Shown: piece after piece, positions 7,851 to 16,636 of the stretch
Layout: the number at the start of each line of letters is the position of its first letter
Numbering within the stretch: position 1 is the first letter of the stretch
NCBI GenBank assembly: GCA_964626205.1
Contig: CAZVED010000001.1
Location: 961-64,960 of the forward strand
Source: an uncultured Gammaproteobacteria bacterium
Lineage (GTDB): Bacteria > Patescibacteriota > Patescibacteriia > SG8-24
Length of the DNA: 64,000 bases
Direction: 5' to 3'
The notes under the pieces: model-generated
Seen by the model: the letters and a program-made list of their open reading frames with translations, nothing else
What the model was told of the DNA's origin: nothing
The model's database searches: none
Position numbers and translations under genes: made by a program

Positions 7851-9023
7851 ATGAACAAGCACTGGGTGATTCTGGGTTTCTTGGTTCTCGGTCTCTCCGC
7901 CTGTGTCGAAGACACGGGTGGTAAGGACGGCATGAACGGCATCGACGGCATGAACGGCGACGCCGGCCCGCAAGGCGAGCCTGGCGAAGACGGCACGAAC
8001 GGCCGCGACGGCACCGACGGTGAAGACGGTCAGAACGGCACGGACGGTACCAACGGTACCGACGGTGTCGATGGTCAGGACGGGCGTGACGGCGAAGACG
8101 GCACGGATGGTACCGACGGTACCGACGGTCGCGACGGCACGGACGGTCAGGACGGCCGCGACGGAACGACGACCATCGTCATCTGTGGTGATCACGAATG
8201 TGACACGCAGAACGGCGAGAACGTCAGCAACTGCGCCATCGACTGCGCTTCGACTCCGGCTCCGTTCTGCGGCGACAACAGCTGCAACAACGGTGAGACG
8301 CACGCGACCTGCTCTGCAGATTGCGATGCGCCTCCGGTCGACCCTCAGGCACCCTACTGCGGCGACGCGTCGTGTAACAACGGCGAGACGCCCAGCAGCT
8401 GCCCGGACGACTGCGGCACCTGCGGTGATGGAAGCTGCAACAACGGCGAAGATCACCTCCTGTGCCCGGACGACTGCGAAGCGCCCGTGGTGACCGAGAC
8501 GTACGCTGGCCCGTTCAAGATGTATCGTGAGCGCCTGACGGACGGTTCGTACCTCTGCTCGATCGGGGTCAACCCGAACTACGCGAGCGGCGCAGCCAAC
8601 AACCAGATCGTCGGAGAAGGCGCAAGCTTCCTCTCGAACTGGGAGTCGGGCTCATCGAGCCAGATCCTGGCCTACCAGAACGGCGGCATCGAGTCGGACG
8701 GATACGTTCGCTTCGAGCTTCCGCGCGATAGCCAGCCAATCGGCACGTCCACGATTCGCTTCTCGTACCGTGGCTGGAATCCCCAGTCGCACAAGTACGA
8801 GTACGCGCAGTACGGCGACGCGGACACGCAGCTCGCGCGCATGACGGACGAGAGCCTCTCGATGGTGTACTGCTTCCAGTACGACCCGTCGAAGTCCTCG
8901 TACGGCTGCTCGGGTCGCATGACCTACGAGGTGTTCGCCAACCCGAACACCAACAAGAAGGACTGTCGGCTGACCGCAGCCGGTAACGCCCAAGTTGCCA
9001 ACGACCTCGTCGTCAGCAACTGA
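7851..9023 (+). CDS. collagen-like triple-helix-repeat lipoprotein with three Cys-rich repeats and a C-terminal globular domain
   Basis: lipobox LVLGLSAC; about 29 uninterrupted G-X-Y triplets (GKDGMNGIDGMNGDAGPQGEPGEDG...GRDG); three repeats CGD(N/A/G)SCNNGE(T/D)H..C..DC; start placed at ATG 7851, preferred over the ORF-track start 7758. Confidence 0.7.
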   Translation: MNKHWVILGFLVLGLSACVEDTGGKDGMNGIDGMNGDAGPQGEPGEDGTNGRDGTDGEDGQNGTDGTNGTDGVDGQDGRDGEDGTDGTDGTDGRDGTDGQDGRDGTTTIVICGDHECDTQNGENVSNCAIDCASTPAPFCGDNSCNNGETHATCSADCDAPPVDPQAPYCGDASCNNGETPSSCPDDCGTCGDGSCNNGEDHLLCPDDCEAPVVTETYAGPFKMYRERLTDGSYLCSIGVNPNYASGAANNQIVGEGASFLSNWESGSSSQILAYQNGGIESDGYVRFELPRDSQPIGTSTIRFSYRGWNPQSHKYEYAQYGDADTQLARMTDESLSMVYCFQYDPSKSSYGCSGRMTYEVFANPNTNKKDCRLTAAGNAQVANDLVVSN

Positions 9024-9034
9024 TCCTTCCTCTC

Positions 9035-9080
9035 GGACCGCCTCCCAGCGCTTGCTGGTGATGGCGGTCCTTTTCTTTTC
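9035..9080 (+). terminator. putative rho-independent terminator
   Basis: GGACCGCC...GGCGGTCC stem with a long structured loop, followed by TTTTCTTTTCT. Confidence 0.45.
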
Positions 9081-9162
9081 TCGCGCGCTCGCAAGGGTGC
9101 GCTTTTTGATAGGGGAGACGACCGTGTGCCAGCCACCCTTAAATGAGGTACACTATCCGTAT

Positions 9163-10719
9163 ATGCTGCATATCGTACGGAGAATTGAAGCGCATCTTGG
9201 CATCGCTCCTGTGGAGACCGAGCGGGAGCAACGCCGTCGTTTCTTGAAGATCGTGCTCGGCACGGCGCTGGCCGTCGGTTTGCTCGTCATTGCGCTCTCG
9301 CCCTGGAAGGCGCTGGCGCTCGTCGTGGGCCTCATTTTCGCCGGGTTCGCGGTTGCAAAGCCGGAGCTCGTCATTTTGTTCCTTGTCGCATACACACCGT
9401 TCGAACCATTCCTTCTCAAGTTCGTTCCGGACGACATCTACCTCTTTGCGCGGTACTTCTCCGAGGGGCTCATTTACCTCTTGCTCGTCGTGGTTGGCAT
9501 TCTCGTTGCGCGGCGCAAGCGTAAGATCGTTCCCACGCCGCTCGACCTGCCGTTCGTTTTCCTGCTCATTGTGGCGATGACGTCGCTTGTCGTGAATGTC
9601 GTGCCTCCGTTTATTGGTCTTCTCGGGTTGCGTCAGGTCATTAGGTTCATGCTCTTGTTCTTCCTGACGGTGTATCTCGCTCCAGACAACGATTTCGTAA
9701 AAACGGTCACGAAGGTGATGTTCGCCATCGTGTTGTTCCAAGGCTTGCTCGGCATCACGCAGTCCGCCGTCGGCGGGCGCTTGGACGAGTTCCTTATTCC
9801 GAGCGAGCGTCGGTTCTTCGAGAGCATTCAGCTCACGAGCGGTACGGAGCAGTTCTGGTCGCCGGGCACGCGCGTCTTCGCGACTATGGGGCGCTATGAC
9901 CAGCTTGGCACATTCCTCGCGTTCTTCCTTCTTGTCGCAATCGGTCTTTGGTATCACGAAAAAGACCGTTCGAAGAAGCGAATGCTGCTCTGGCTCGTCC
10001 TGCTCTGCGCGCCAGGGCTCGTCATGACGCTTTCGCGCGCGTCATGGTTCGGGTTCCTTCTCGGGTTCCTGGTTATTGCGGCATGGTTGCGGGAGGACTG
10101 GCGCGTGCGCGCCGGCCTCGCCATCTGCGCGGCTGCGGCGATTCTCTATGTTACGTTCACGGGTCTTACAGTGAAGTACCTCACGGACTATGCCGGACAG
10201 ACGCCGGTCGAACGTTTGTTTGAAGCGTTCTCGTATGAGCGATGGCGCGGGGAATACCTCGGCCTCGGTCGCCTGTACTGGATCGTACAGACGCCGACGG
10301 TCGTCGTCCCGTCCTCACCGCTCTTTGGTGTCGGTCCCGGTCAGTATGGCGGGGGAGCGGCAGCCGCGCTCGGCAATTCTCGTGTGTACGAGAAGCTCGG
10401 TCTTCCATTCGGTGTGTACGGAACTGAGGGATACATCGACAACAACTGGTTCGCGGTTTGGGGCGAGCTCGGCACGCTCGGTCTCGCATTCTACATTTGG
10501 ATGGTCACGGCGCTTGGGCGTGTCGCGTATGACGCATGGCGGAACGGACGCGATACATGGACGAGGGGACTCGCACTCGGGTATCTCGGTGCGCTCGTTG
10601 CAGTGAGCTTCCAGGCTTTCCTCGGGACGTATCTCGAAGTGCGCACACTCGCCATCTACCTTTGGCTGTATGGGGCGTTCGTCCTCGTGCTGGCACGTCG
10701 TGATCGGCGTATCGCTTAA
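9163..10719 (+). CDS. O-antigen ligase/polymerase-family (Wzy_C-like) polytopic membrane protein
   Basis: more than 10 TM helices; LSRASWFGFLLGFLV and the C-terminal TEGYIDNNWFAVWGELGTLGL loop are typical of the O-antigen ligase family; start chosen at MLHIVRR (the ORF-track ORF extends to 8995). Confidence 0.6.
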   Translation: MLHIVRRIEAHLGIAPVETEREQRRRFLKIVLGTALAVGLLVIALSPWKALALVVGLIFAGFAVAKPELVILFLVAYTPFEPFLLKFVPDDIYLFARYFSEGLIYLLLVVVGILVARRKRKIVPTPLDLPFVFLLIVAMTSLVVNVVPPFIGLLGLRQVIRFMLLFFLTVYLAPDNDFVKTVTKVMFAIVLFQGLLGITQSAVGGRLDEFLIPSERRFFESIQLTSGTEQFWSPGTRVFATMGRYDQLGTFLAFFLLVAIGLWYHEKDRSKKRMLLWLVLLCAPGLVMTLSRASWFGFLLGFLVIAAWLREDWRVRAGLAICAAAAILYVTFTGLTVKYLTDYAGQTPVERLFEAFSYERWRGEYLGLGRLYWIVQTPTVVVPSSPLFGVGPGQYGGGAAAALGNSRVYEKLGLPFGVYGTEGYIDNNWFAVWGELGTLGLAFYIWMVTALGRVAYDAWRNGRDTWTRGLALGYLGALVAVSFQAFLGTYLEVRTLAIYLWLYGAFVLVLARRDRRIA

Positions 10720-10730
10720 CCCGTCGTTCT

Positions 10731-12011
10731 ATGCGTGTCATCATGGCGAACAAGTATTGGTACCTGAAGGGTGGCGCCGAACGCTACCTCTTCGACCTGT
10801 CCGCGACGCTCGAGGAACACGGACATCAGGTGTTGCCGTTCGCAATGCGAAGCGCGAAGAATCTCCCGACGCCGTGGGCAAAGCGTTTCGTGAGCGAAGT
10901 CATGACAGAGAAGGTCTCGTTCGGCTGGCGAGGTCTTCGTACTGCCGGGCGCATGCTGTACTCCTTGGAGGCTCGTCGGAAGTTCGCTGCGCTCGCAGAG
11001 GAGACGCATCCGGACGTCCTCCATGTACACAACATCTATCATCAGATTGGGCCGAGCTTCCTACCGTTGGCTCGTGCTGCAGGAATCCCCGTGGTGCTCA
11101 CTGCGCATGACTACGCGCTCGTCTCGCCGGACTACAGCCTGTTCCATCATGGACGCATCGATGAACCGAAAACGCCCGGCGATGTTTCTGGCATGATCAT
11201 GCGTCGCGCGGTGAAGGATTCCGTAGTCGCGACCGCGCTCGCCGTTGCTGCATGGAAGCTGCATGACGCGCTCCGTCTCTATACCGACAACGTGAACCGC
11301 ATCATCGCGCCAAGCGCGTTCATGAAGGCAATGCTTGTCCGCCACGGTATTTCGGAGGACCGTATCGCGCATGTCCCACATCCGATCGATACGCGTGCAT
11401 GGACGCCGTCAGATGCTGCTACAGGCACCTACGCGCTGTACGTCGGGCGCCTCGTGGAAGAGAAGGGTGTCGAGACGCTTATCCGCGCTGCCGCGAAGGT
11501 GCCAGGGATTCCGGTACGCATCGTTGGCACCGGTCCGGATGAAGCGAGGCTCAAAGCGCTTGCAAAGGAGCTCGGTACCACGAACGTGCGTTTCGATGGC
11601 TTCCAAGAAGGTGCTGCGCTCAAGGCGTTGTATGCCGGTGCGCGATTCATCGTTGTGCCGTCGTTGTGGTACGAGGTGTTCGGTCTCATCGTCCTTGAAG
11701 CGTACGCGGCGGGAATCCCCGTGGTCGCTTCGCAGATCGGTGCGCTTGGCGAGTTGGTGCAAGATGGCGAGACGGGCGTGCTCGTCTCAGCGGGAGATAC
11801 GGACGACCTTGCGGAACAGATGTCCGATCTTTGGGCACATCCGGACACGTGCGGAGCCATGGGTCGCGCGGGTCGTGCGTGGGTAGAAAAAGACTTCACG
11901 CCGGCGATGCATTACGACCGCATCGTTGAGGTGTACAACGACGCCGCTCGCGATCGCGCAGAAGAAGGCCGCGTATCGGTTCCCGATGACACAACGACAC
12001 TGACGGAATAA
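10731..12011 (+). CDS. glycosyltransferase family 4 (GT-B fold)
   Basis: N-terminal GT4 donor-domain motifs and the C-terminal EVFGLIVLEAYAAGIPVVASQIGALGELVQDGETGVL (E-x7-E region). Confidence 0.7.
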   Translation: MRVIMANKYWYLKGGAERYLFDLSATLEEHGHQVLPFAMRSAKNLPTPWAKRFVSEVMTEKVSFGWRGLRTAGRMLYSLEARRKFAALAEETHPDVLHVHNIYHQIGPSFLPLARAAGIPVVLTAHDYALVSPDYSLFHHGRIDEPKTPGDVSGMIMRRAVKDSVVATALAVAAWKLHDALRLYTDNVNRIIAPSAFMKAMLVRHGISEDRIAHVPHPIDTRAWTPSDAATGTYALYVGRLVEEKGVETLIRAAAKVPGIPVRIVGTGPDEARLKALAKELGTTNVRFDGFQEGAALKALYAGARFIVVPSLWYEVFGLIVLEAYAAGIPVVASQIGALGELVQDGETGVLVSAGDTDDLAEQMSDLWAHPDTCGAMGRAGRAWVEKDFTPAMHYDRIVEVYNDAARDRAEEGRVSVPDDTTTLTE

Positions 12012-12020
12012 TAGGGAAAC

Positions 12021-12050
12021 AAAAAACGGCACCTCAAGGGGTGTCGTTTT
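12021..12050. terminator. bidirectional rho-independent terminator
   Basis: AAAAAACGGCACC-tcaa-GGGGTGtCGTTTT between convergent genes. Confidence 0.6.
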
Positions 12051-12058
12051 ACGATAAG

Positions 12059-12241
12059 CTACTTTGTACTTCGTCGTTGCGGGGCGTTGAGGAGCGAGCT
12101 GATGCAGAACGTGAGGCTTGCGGCGAGCAGGCCCATGATGAAGCCGGTGATCGGATGCCAGCCGAAGATGATGGTGCCGCCGAAGAAGTTCCCGATGAAT
12201 ATTCCGAGCGCCAGACCAACGTTAGACATTGAGGTCTCCAT
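12059..12241 (-). CDS. small two-TM membrane protein (possibly GlsB/YeaQ/YmgE-like)
   Basis: 60-aa ORF METSMSNVGLALGIFIGNFFGGTIIFGWHPITGFIMGLLAASLTFCI...; Gly-zipper-rich helices; start at the internal Met of the 86-aa ORF. Confidence 0.35.
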   Translation of the reverse strand: METSMSNVGLALGIFIGNFFGGTIIFGWHPITGFIMGLLAASLTFCISSLLNAPQRRSTK

Positions 12242-12433
12242 GGTAGGAATACGAGGAGTTTTGTATAACGGACGCTTATTGTCAAGATATCCGGCATCCG
12301 GTTCGTGGCTGGGATGCATGGATGGTGGTGGTGGGTGGCGGAGTGCCTCGTCACTTACTGCCCACGTATTCCTGGCTCGGCAGAACCAAAAGACCGGCCC
12401 CCGTCAGGGAGTCGGTCTTGTCGCTGGTGCGGG

Positions 12434-13585
12434 TTATGCGTTGGCGGTTGCCGCGGTCGCTTCCTCATTGAGGAGGTGGACGTAGAGCGTTTCGACTTCG
12501 GCGACGATGTCGTTCCAGTGGTAGTCGCGGAGGACGAACTCGCGTGCAGCCGCCCCCTTTTCTGCGGCGAACTCGGGGTTCGCGAGGAGGTGACGGAGTT
12601 TGCGGGCGAGGTCCTTCACGCTACCACTCGTGAACGCGAGGCCGTGCTGGCGGGTGACTTCCATGATTTCCGGGATGTCGGAAGCAAGGACGGCTTTGCC
12701 GTAGCTCATCGCTTCGAGTACTGCGATCGGCAGACCCTCGGATTCCGAAGGGTGCACGATGGCGTACGCGTTGGCGAAGAGCTGGTGCAACCGCTCGCCG
12801 TTCTGGTAGCCAGTGAAGACGATGTCCGGATGATCGCCGGCGAGCTTCTTGCACTCCGCGACGTAGTCGTCCGTGAAGGCGGTGTCGCCGACGATGACGA
12901 GCTTCTTGCCGTGGGTCGCGCTCATGGCGTGGAGCTGCTGGTAGGCGTCAATGAGGTAGTGAGCGCCCTTGTGCCGCACGAGGCGGGACACCATGGCGAT
13001 GTACTTTCCTTTCTCCAGGCCAAAGTCGGCAAGGAGGTCATCGTTCGCTTCTTCCGGTGCGCTGATGCCGTTGGGGATGTAGCGCGCGTTCATGGAGAAG
13101 CTGTTGTTGCAGTAGGACTGCAGCGTGCGCGAGACCGCGATGGTCTCGTGCGCGAAGGTGCATGCGGCGCGCTCGCCGAGGCTGAGCGCGAGGCGCGCGA
13201 CGAAGCCCCACTTCTGGTGGTGGCGGTCGATACAGTGGAAGGTCGTCACAACCTTGATGCGCGGCGCGAAAACGCGCGGAATCCATGAGAGGAGGGAAGG
13301 GCCGACACCGTGGTAATGGATGATGTCGACGCCGTCCATGATGGCGCGGATGGTGGAGGTAAACGTGTGCACAATCGCATCGAGGTGCTTGGTGGCGATG
13401 GTGGGGGTGACGACGACACGCACGCCTGGAGCGAACTCCGTGCGCGCAGGTGCGTACCAGCCGCGAGCGAAGGCGGTGACGGTGTGGCCGGCAGCGCCAA
13501 GACGGACGGCAAGTGCTTCCACGTGTCGTTCGATGCCGCCGAAGCGGGTCGGGATACCTTTTTGGCCAATCATGGCGATATGCAT
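12434..13585 (-). CDS. glycosyltransferase family 4
   Basis: MHIAMIGQKGIPTRFGGIERHVEALAVRL (GT4 N-terminus) and ESEGLPIAVLEAMSYGKAVLASDIPEIMEV. Confidence 0.7.
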   Translation of the reverse strand: MHIAMIGQKGIPTRFGGIERHVEALAVRLGAAGHTVTAFARGWYAPARTEFAPGVRVVVTPTIATKHLDAIVHTFTSTIRAIMDGVDIIHYHGVGPSLLSWIPRVFAPRIKVVTTFHCIDRHHQKWGFVARLALSLGERAACTFAHETIAVSRTLQSYCNNSFSMNARYIPNGISAPEEANDDLLADFGLEKGKYIAMVSRLVRHKGAHYLIDAYQQLHAMSATHGKKLVIVGDTAFTDDYVAECKKLAGDHPDIVFTGYQNGERLHQLFANAYAIVHPSESEGLPIAVLEAMSYGKAVLASDIPEIMEVTRQHGLAFTSGSVKDLARKLRHLLANPEFAAEKGAAAREFVLRDYHWNDIVAEVETLYVHLLNEEATAATANA

Positions 13586-13687
13586 ACAGTCGATGTTTTT
13601 CGCTTATTTCAGCGATGAAACGGTATCTAGGGAACATCGGACTATAGCATAAAAACCACCCTTTGTCAAGGGTGGCGGGGAAACGAT

Positions 13688-13762
13688 TTAAGCTGGACAC
13701 GGGTACCGAAATAGGGCGGAAATGAAGAATGGGCGGGAGGAAATAGGCTGGATGCGGGTACA
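13688..13762 (+). repeat. family-A REP/BIME-like element (copy 2, left flank of RAYT)
   Basis: TTAAGCTGGACACGGGTACC-gaaatagggcggaaatgaagaatgggcgggaggaaata-GGCTGGATGCGGGTAC. Confidence 0.8.
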
Positions 13763-13815
13763 GAGCACGTAAATGCTCTTGCGGATATTTTTGCGCGGTG
13801 CTAACTCGCTGACAT

Positions 13816-14370
13816 ATGGCAAGAAAGCTTCGACAATTACATACGGGAGGGGTGTATCATGTCATTTATCGTGGCAATAACCGCGCGGCGATTTTTGCTG
13901 ATGCGGAAGATTCGGAATATTTTCTTGCGTTATTACGTCGGCTAAAGCGAAGAGATGGTATGCGCGTGTTTCACTATGTGGTCATGACGAATCATGTGCA
14001 TATGGTGGTGATGCCAGAAGCGACGAAAGAATTGTCGCGAATCATGCAGGGATTGGCGCGGGCATACACGGCGTACTACAAACGCAAGTACGGTTTTGTC
14101 GGACAGCTATGGCAGGGGAGATACTTTAGCGCGCTCATCGACACCGATGCGTATCTGTTGACGTGCGGCATCTATATCGAGCTCAATCCGGTCCGTGCGG
14201 GAATGGTCGATGATCCGATGCAGTATCCATGGTCCAGCGCGCATGCGTACGCAACTGAGAAGACAGACGCGATTGTTGACGAGAGTCCGTTGTATGCAGG
14301 ATTAGGCATGACGTATGAAGCGCGGCGGAAGTCATATCGACATTTGTTGAATATGTGGATGAAAAAATAA
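13816..14370 (+). CDS. REP-associated tyrosine transposase (RAYT, IS200/IS605-like Y1 HuH transposase)
   Basis: HuH motif NHVHMVV and catalytic-Tyr motif YIELNPVRAGMV (compare E. coli YafM HMHCIW / YIYINPVKHGWV); 184 aa; flanked by REP copies. Confidence 0.85.
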   Translation: MARKLRQLHTGGVYHVIYRGNNRAAIFADAEDSEYFLALLRRLKRRDGMRVFHYVVMTNHVHMVVMPEATKELSRIMQGLARAYTAYYKRKYGFVGQLWQGRYFSALIDTDAYLLTCGIYIELNPVRAGMVDDPMQYPWSSAHAYATEKTDAIVDESPLYAGLGMTYEARRKSYRHLLNMWMKK

Positions 14371-14452
14371 ATAGGCTGGATGCGGGTACCAGCCTATTTC
14401 CTCCCGCCTATTCTTCATTTCCGCCCTATTTCGGTACCCGTGTCCAGCTTAA
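14371..14452 (-). repeat. family-A REP/BIME-like element (copy 3, right flank of RAYT)
   Basis: GGCTGGATGCGGGTACCAGCC-tatttcctcccgcctattcttcatttccgccctatttc-GGTACCCGTGTCCAGCTTAA; contains the stop codon of the convergent gene 14449..16521. Confidence 0.8.
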
Positions 14453-16521
14453 TTTGGAACCACCACCGACCGAGCGTCATCGTAGTCGAACGGAAGCCGT
14501 GTCGTGACGTCACCGATATGGTGCGTAACTCGGGTTCCCGTCGCGACGTCCGTGCCGGTCACAGAGATGCCGGTAAGCAGCGCGGGGAGGGTGCCGATGT
14601 CGGTGTCGGTCGGGGTGAACGCCAGCTCGAAGCTTGCGCCAGGAGAACTTGCGCGTTCCTGCGTGAACGCGGAAACCGCAGGGATCTTCCAGGTCACGCG
14701 TCGCGTAGACGGGAAGTAGTCGAGCGCCTCGCCTTGCGTGACGCTGAACCGTCCGGTCCACTCCGTACCCGGTGCAAGGAACGCTTCCACGACCGCGTCC
14801 TCGATGACATGTTGCGCGTTGTCGAGTTGGAGGACGATGCGATAGCGCGTCGTTTCGTTAACGGTCGGTGGCAGCGGACCGCGGCCAATCTGGTCGCCGC
14901 TGCGCGTGTAGTAGATGCCCGCGGCTTGCAGGCGGAGCTCTGTCGCGACCGGCACATCGACGGTCGGAGTGTCGATGACGACTTGTTCGCCTCCAGCGGC
15001 TTCTTCGTGTACGGCGGTAAGCAGCGCGGAGAATGCCGCAGATGCTGTTTCTGTGCCGAGCGCGTCCATGACAGACGGCGTAATTTCGCGACGCACGGTG
15101 AGTGTTGTCGTGACTGAGATGGTGTCACCGGGTGCGATGCTGGCGAGCGATGGCGTGTCTTCTGCGGTCCAGGTGAGGATCGGAGTAGCATCGCCATCCA
15201 TGACAAAGAGGCTGTCGGTCACGGAAAGCTGAATAACGCCGTTCGTAAAGGTGCGATCGCCATCGTTGCGCGCGTTGAGGTGCACGGTGACAGTGTCGCC
15301 TGGGCGAAGGAATCGCGTTTCTGCGCTTCCAAGGTCCTGCGTGAGCGTGAGGCCGGAGGAGAGCGAGTTCGCATTCACGCGCGTCGTTGAGGCAGTCACG
15401 GCTGTTCGTGCAGATGCGTTGGCGACGAGGTCGGCAGCGAACGACGTGGACGATGCTTGTCCCGGTGTCGCGCGGAGATAACCGTAGACGACAATCGTCC
15501 CGCGCGCATCCGAAGCAAGGTCGCCTAAGCGCCACAAGCCGGAGCTCGTCGCACGAGGTGCGCTTCCGGTGGTCACGAAGTCCGCTGGGGGCGTGAAGCG
15601 TACTGCCGCGTCGGGGACGGCGCGGTTGGAGGTGTTGGCGTAGGAGAGCGTGACGGCGGTCGTTGCTCCGCGGAGGATGGTTTCCGGAACGGAGATGTCG
15701 ACGCCGACTGCGGAAGAACCGATGGGGAGGCGAATGTGGAACGGAGTAACGACGGGTTCTGTGCTCCCTTCAGTCCAATAGGAGATAGATGCCGGGATCT
15801 CCACGACTGAGCCGATAGGGCCGTAGGGGACGCCAGTCAGGGTTGCGCCACGCTTTGCGCCAGGCATGAGCGGCGGAAGCGGAACGGCGATGGAGGTCGC
15901 AGCGACCGCTGGAGGGACGCAGGAGCGAAGCTCGGTTTCGCTTAGTGCGCCGCCGTGCAGGGAAATGCCTGCATGCGCCATGGACGGCGGGAGATCGACG
16001 GTGAGGATAGTGCAAGGGAGTGCCACGGTAGTAGAGAAGTTCGTGTAATCGATGGTCGCGACCGAGGATTCGCCGCTCACGGATGCCACGGGAGCGTGGA
16101 CCGTGACGGTGAGCACGTTCGGGTTCGCGCTCGGCAGGAAATACGGCGAATAGACGCCGGCGACGATAAGTGCGGCGATGACGACAGCGAGCACGAGGTC
16201 GATAGCGACGAGCTTGTGTGCGTGCTTCGGGTACTTTGCCTTGTACTTCCGTTCCCAGTGCCCCTTGAGCGGCTCGTAGCAGATTTTATGGATGGGATCC
16301 GAGACGAGGACAGCATGCTTATGCGCATGTTTATGCATGCTCGCGAGCGGCGGATAGCAGACACGCTTTACCGGATCCATGAGCTCGCCTGCCTTGTCGC
16401 GCAAAAGGCTCAGTGTCTCAATGGCCGCGCTCATGCCTTTCGCCATAGGCGAAGCTGCCGCGGCGCGGAGCTTTTCCTCGTCGGTCATCACCTTCGGTTG
16501 TTTTGGAGTCTTTGCTTTCAT
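14449..16521 (-). CDS. membrane-anchored surface protein with tandem beta-sandwich (DUF11/Ig-like) repeats; Cys/His-rich cytoplasmic N-terminus
   Basis: cytoplasmic N-terminus with paired motifs RVCYPPLASMHKHAHKH / KICYEPLKGHWERKYKAKYPKHAHK; one TM (LVAIDLVLAVVIAALIVAGV); about 570-aa extracellular Thr/Val/Ser-rich repetitive beta region. Confidence 0.6.
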   Translation of the reverse strand: MKAKTPKQPKVMTDEEKLRAAAASPMAKGMSAAIETLSLLRDKAGELMDPVKRVCYPPLASMHKHAHKHAVLVSDPIHKICYEPLKGHWERKYKAKYPKHAHKLVAIDLVLAVVIAALIVAGVYSPYFLPSANPNVLTVTVHAPVASVSGESSVATIDYTNFSTTVALPCTILTVDLPPSMAHAGISLHGGALSETELRSCVPPAVAATSIAVPLPPLMPGAKRGATLTGVPYGPIGSVVEIPASISYWTEGSTEPVVTPFHIRLPIGSSAVGVDISVPETILRGATTAVTLSYANTSNRAVPDAAVRFTPPADFVTTGSAPRATSSGLWRLGDLASDARGTIVVYGYLRATPGQASSTSFAADLVANASARTAVTASTTRVNANSLSSGLTLTQDLGSAETRFLRPGDTVTVHLNARNDGDRTFTNGVIQLSVTDSLFVMDGDATPILTWTAEDTPSLASIAPGDTISVTTTLTVRREITPSVMDALGTETASAAFSALLTAVHEEAAGGEQVVIDTPTVDVPVATELRLQAAGIYYTRSGDQIGRGPLPPTVNETTRYRIVLQLDNAQHVIEDAVVEAFLAPGTEWTGRFSVTQGEALDYFPSTRRVTWKIPAVSAFTQERASSPGASFELAFTPTDTDIGTLPALLTGISVTGTDVATGTRVTHHIGDVTTRLPFDYDDARSVVVPN

Positions 16522-16550
16522 ATATATGCCGATAGTGTAGCAGAGTGCAT

Positions 16551-16632
16551 TTAAGCTGGTACCCGCATCCAGCCTATTTCCTCCCGCCTATTCTTCATTT
16601 CCGCCTTATTCCGGTACCCGTGTCCAGCTTAA
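16551..16632 (+). repeat. family-A REP/BIME-like element (copy 4)
   Basis: TTAAGCTGGTACCCGCATCCAGCC-tatttcctcccgcctattcttcatttccgccttattcc-GGTACCCGTGTCCAGCTTAA between two minus-strand genes. Confidence 0.8.
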
Positions 16633-16636
16633 ACCG

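Larger units (their letters stand above)
13688..14452 (+). mobile_element. REP-RAYT module (HuH tyrosine transposase flanked by inverted BIME-like REP elements)
   Basis: RAYT ORF 13816..14370 bracketed by family-A copies 13688-13762 and 14371-14452 in mutually inverted orientation. Confidence 0.75.

Noticed and set aside
7900-8170. Tandem 9-bp periodic DNA repeats (GACGGCACGGACGGTACCGACGGT...), considered as a possible CRISPR/VNTR
   Set aside because: They encode the G-X-Y collagen triplets of the lipoprotein gene in frame. No spacer-repeat organisation.
8020-8493. 157-aa ORF in an alternative frame of the collagen-like gene (TVRTARTVPTVPTV...)
   Set aside because: Frame-shifted reading of the GXY repeat region. 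The collagen frame continues into a conserved C-terminal domain with lipobox and promoter.
12305-13288. 327-aa plus-strand ORF opposite the GT4 gene 12434..13585
   Set aside because: The minus strand carries unmistakable GT4 motifs. The plus-strand ORF is an artefact.
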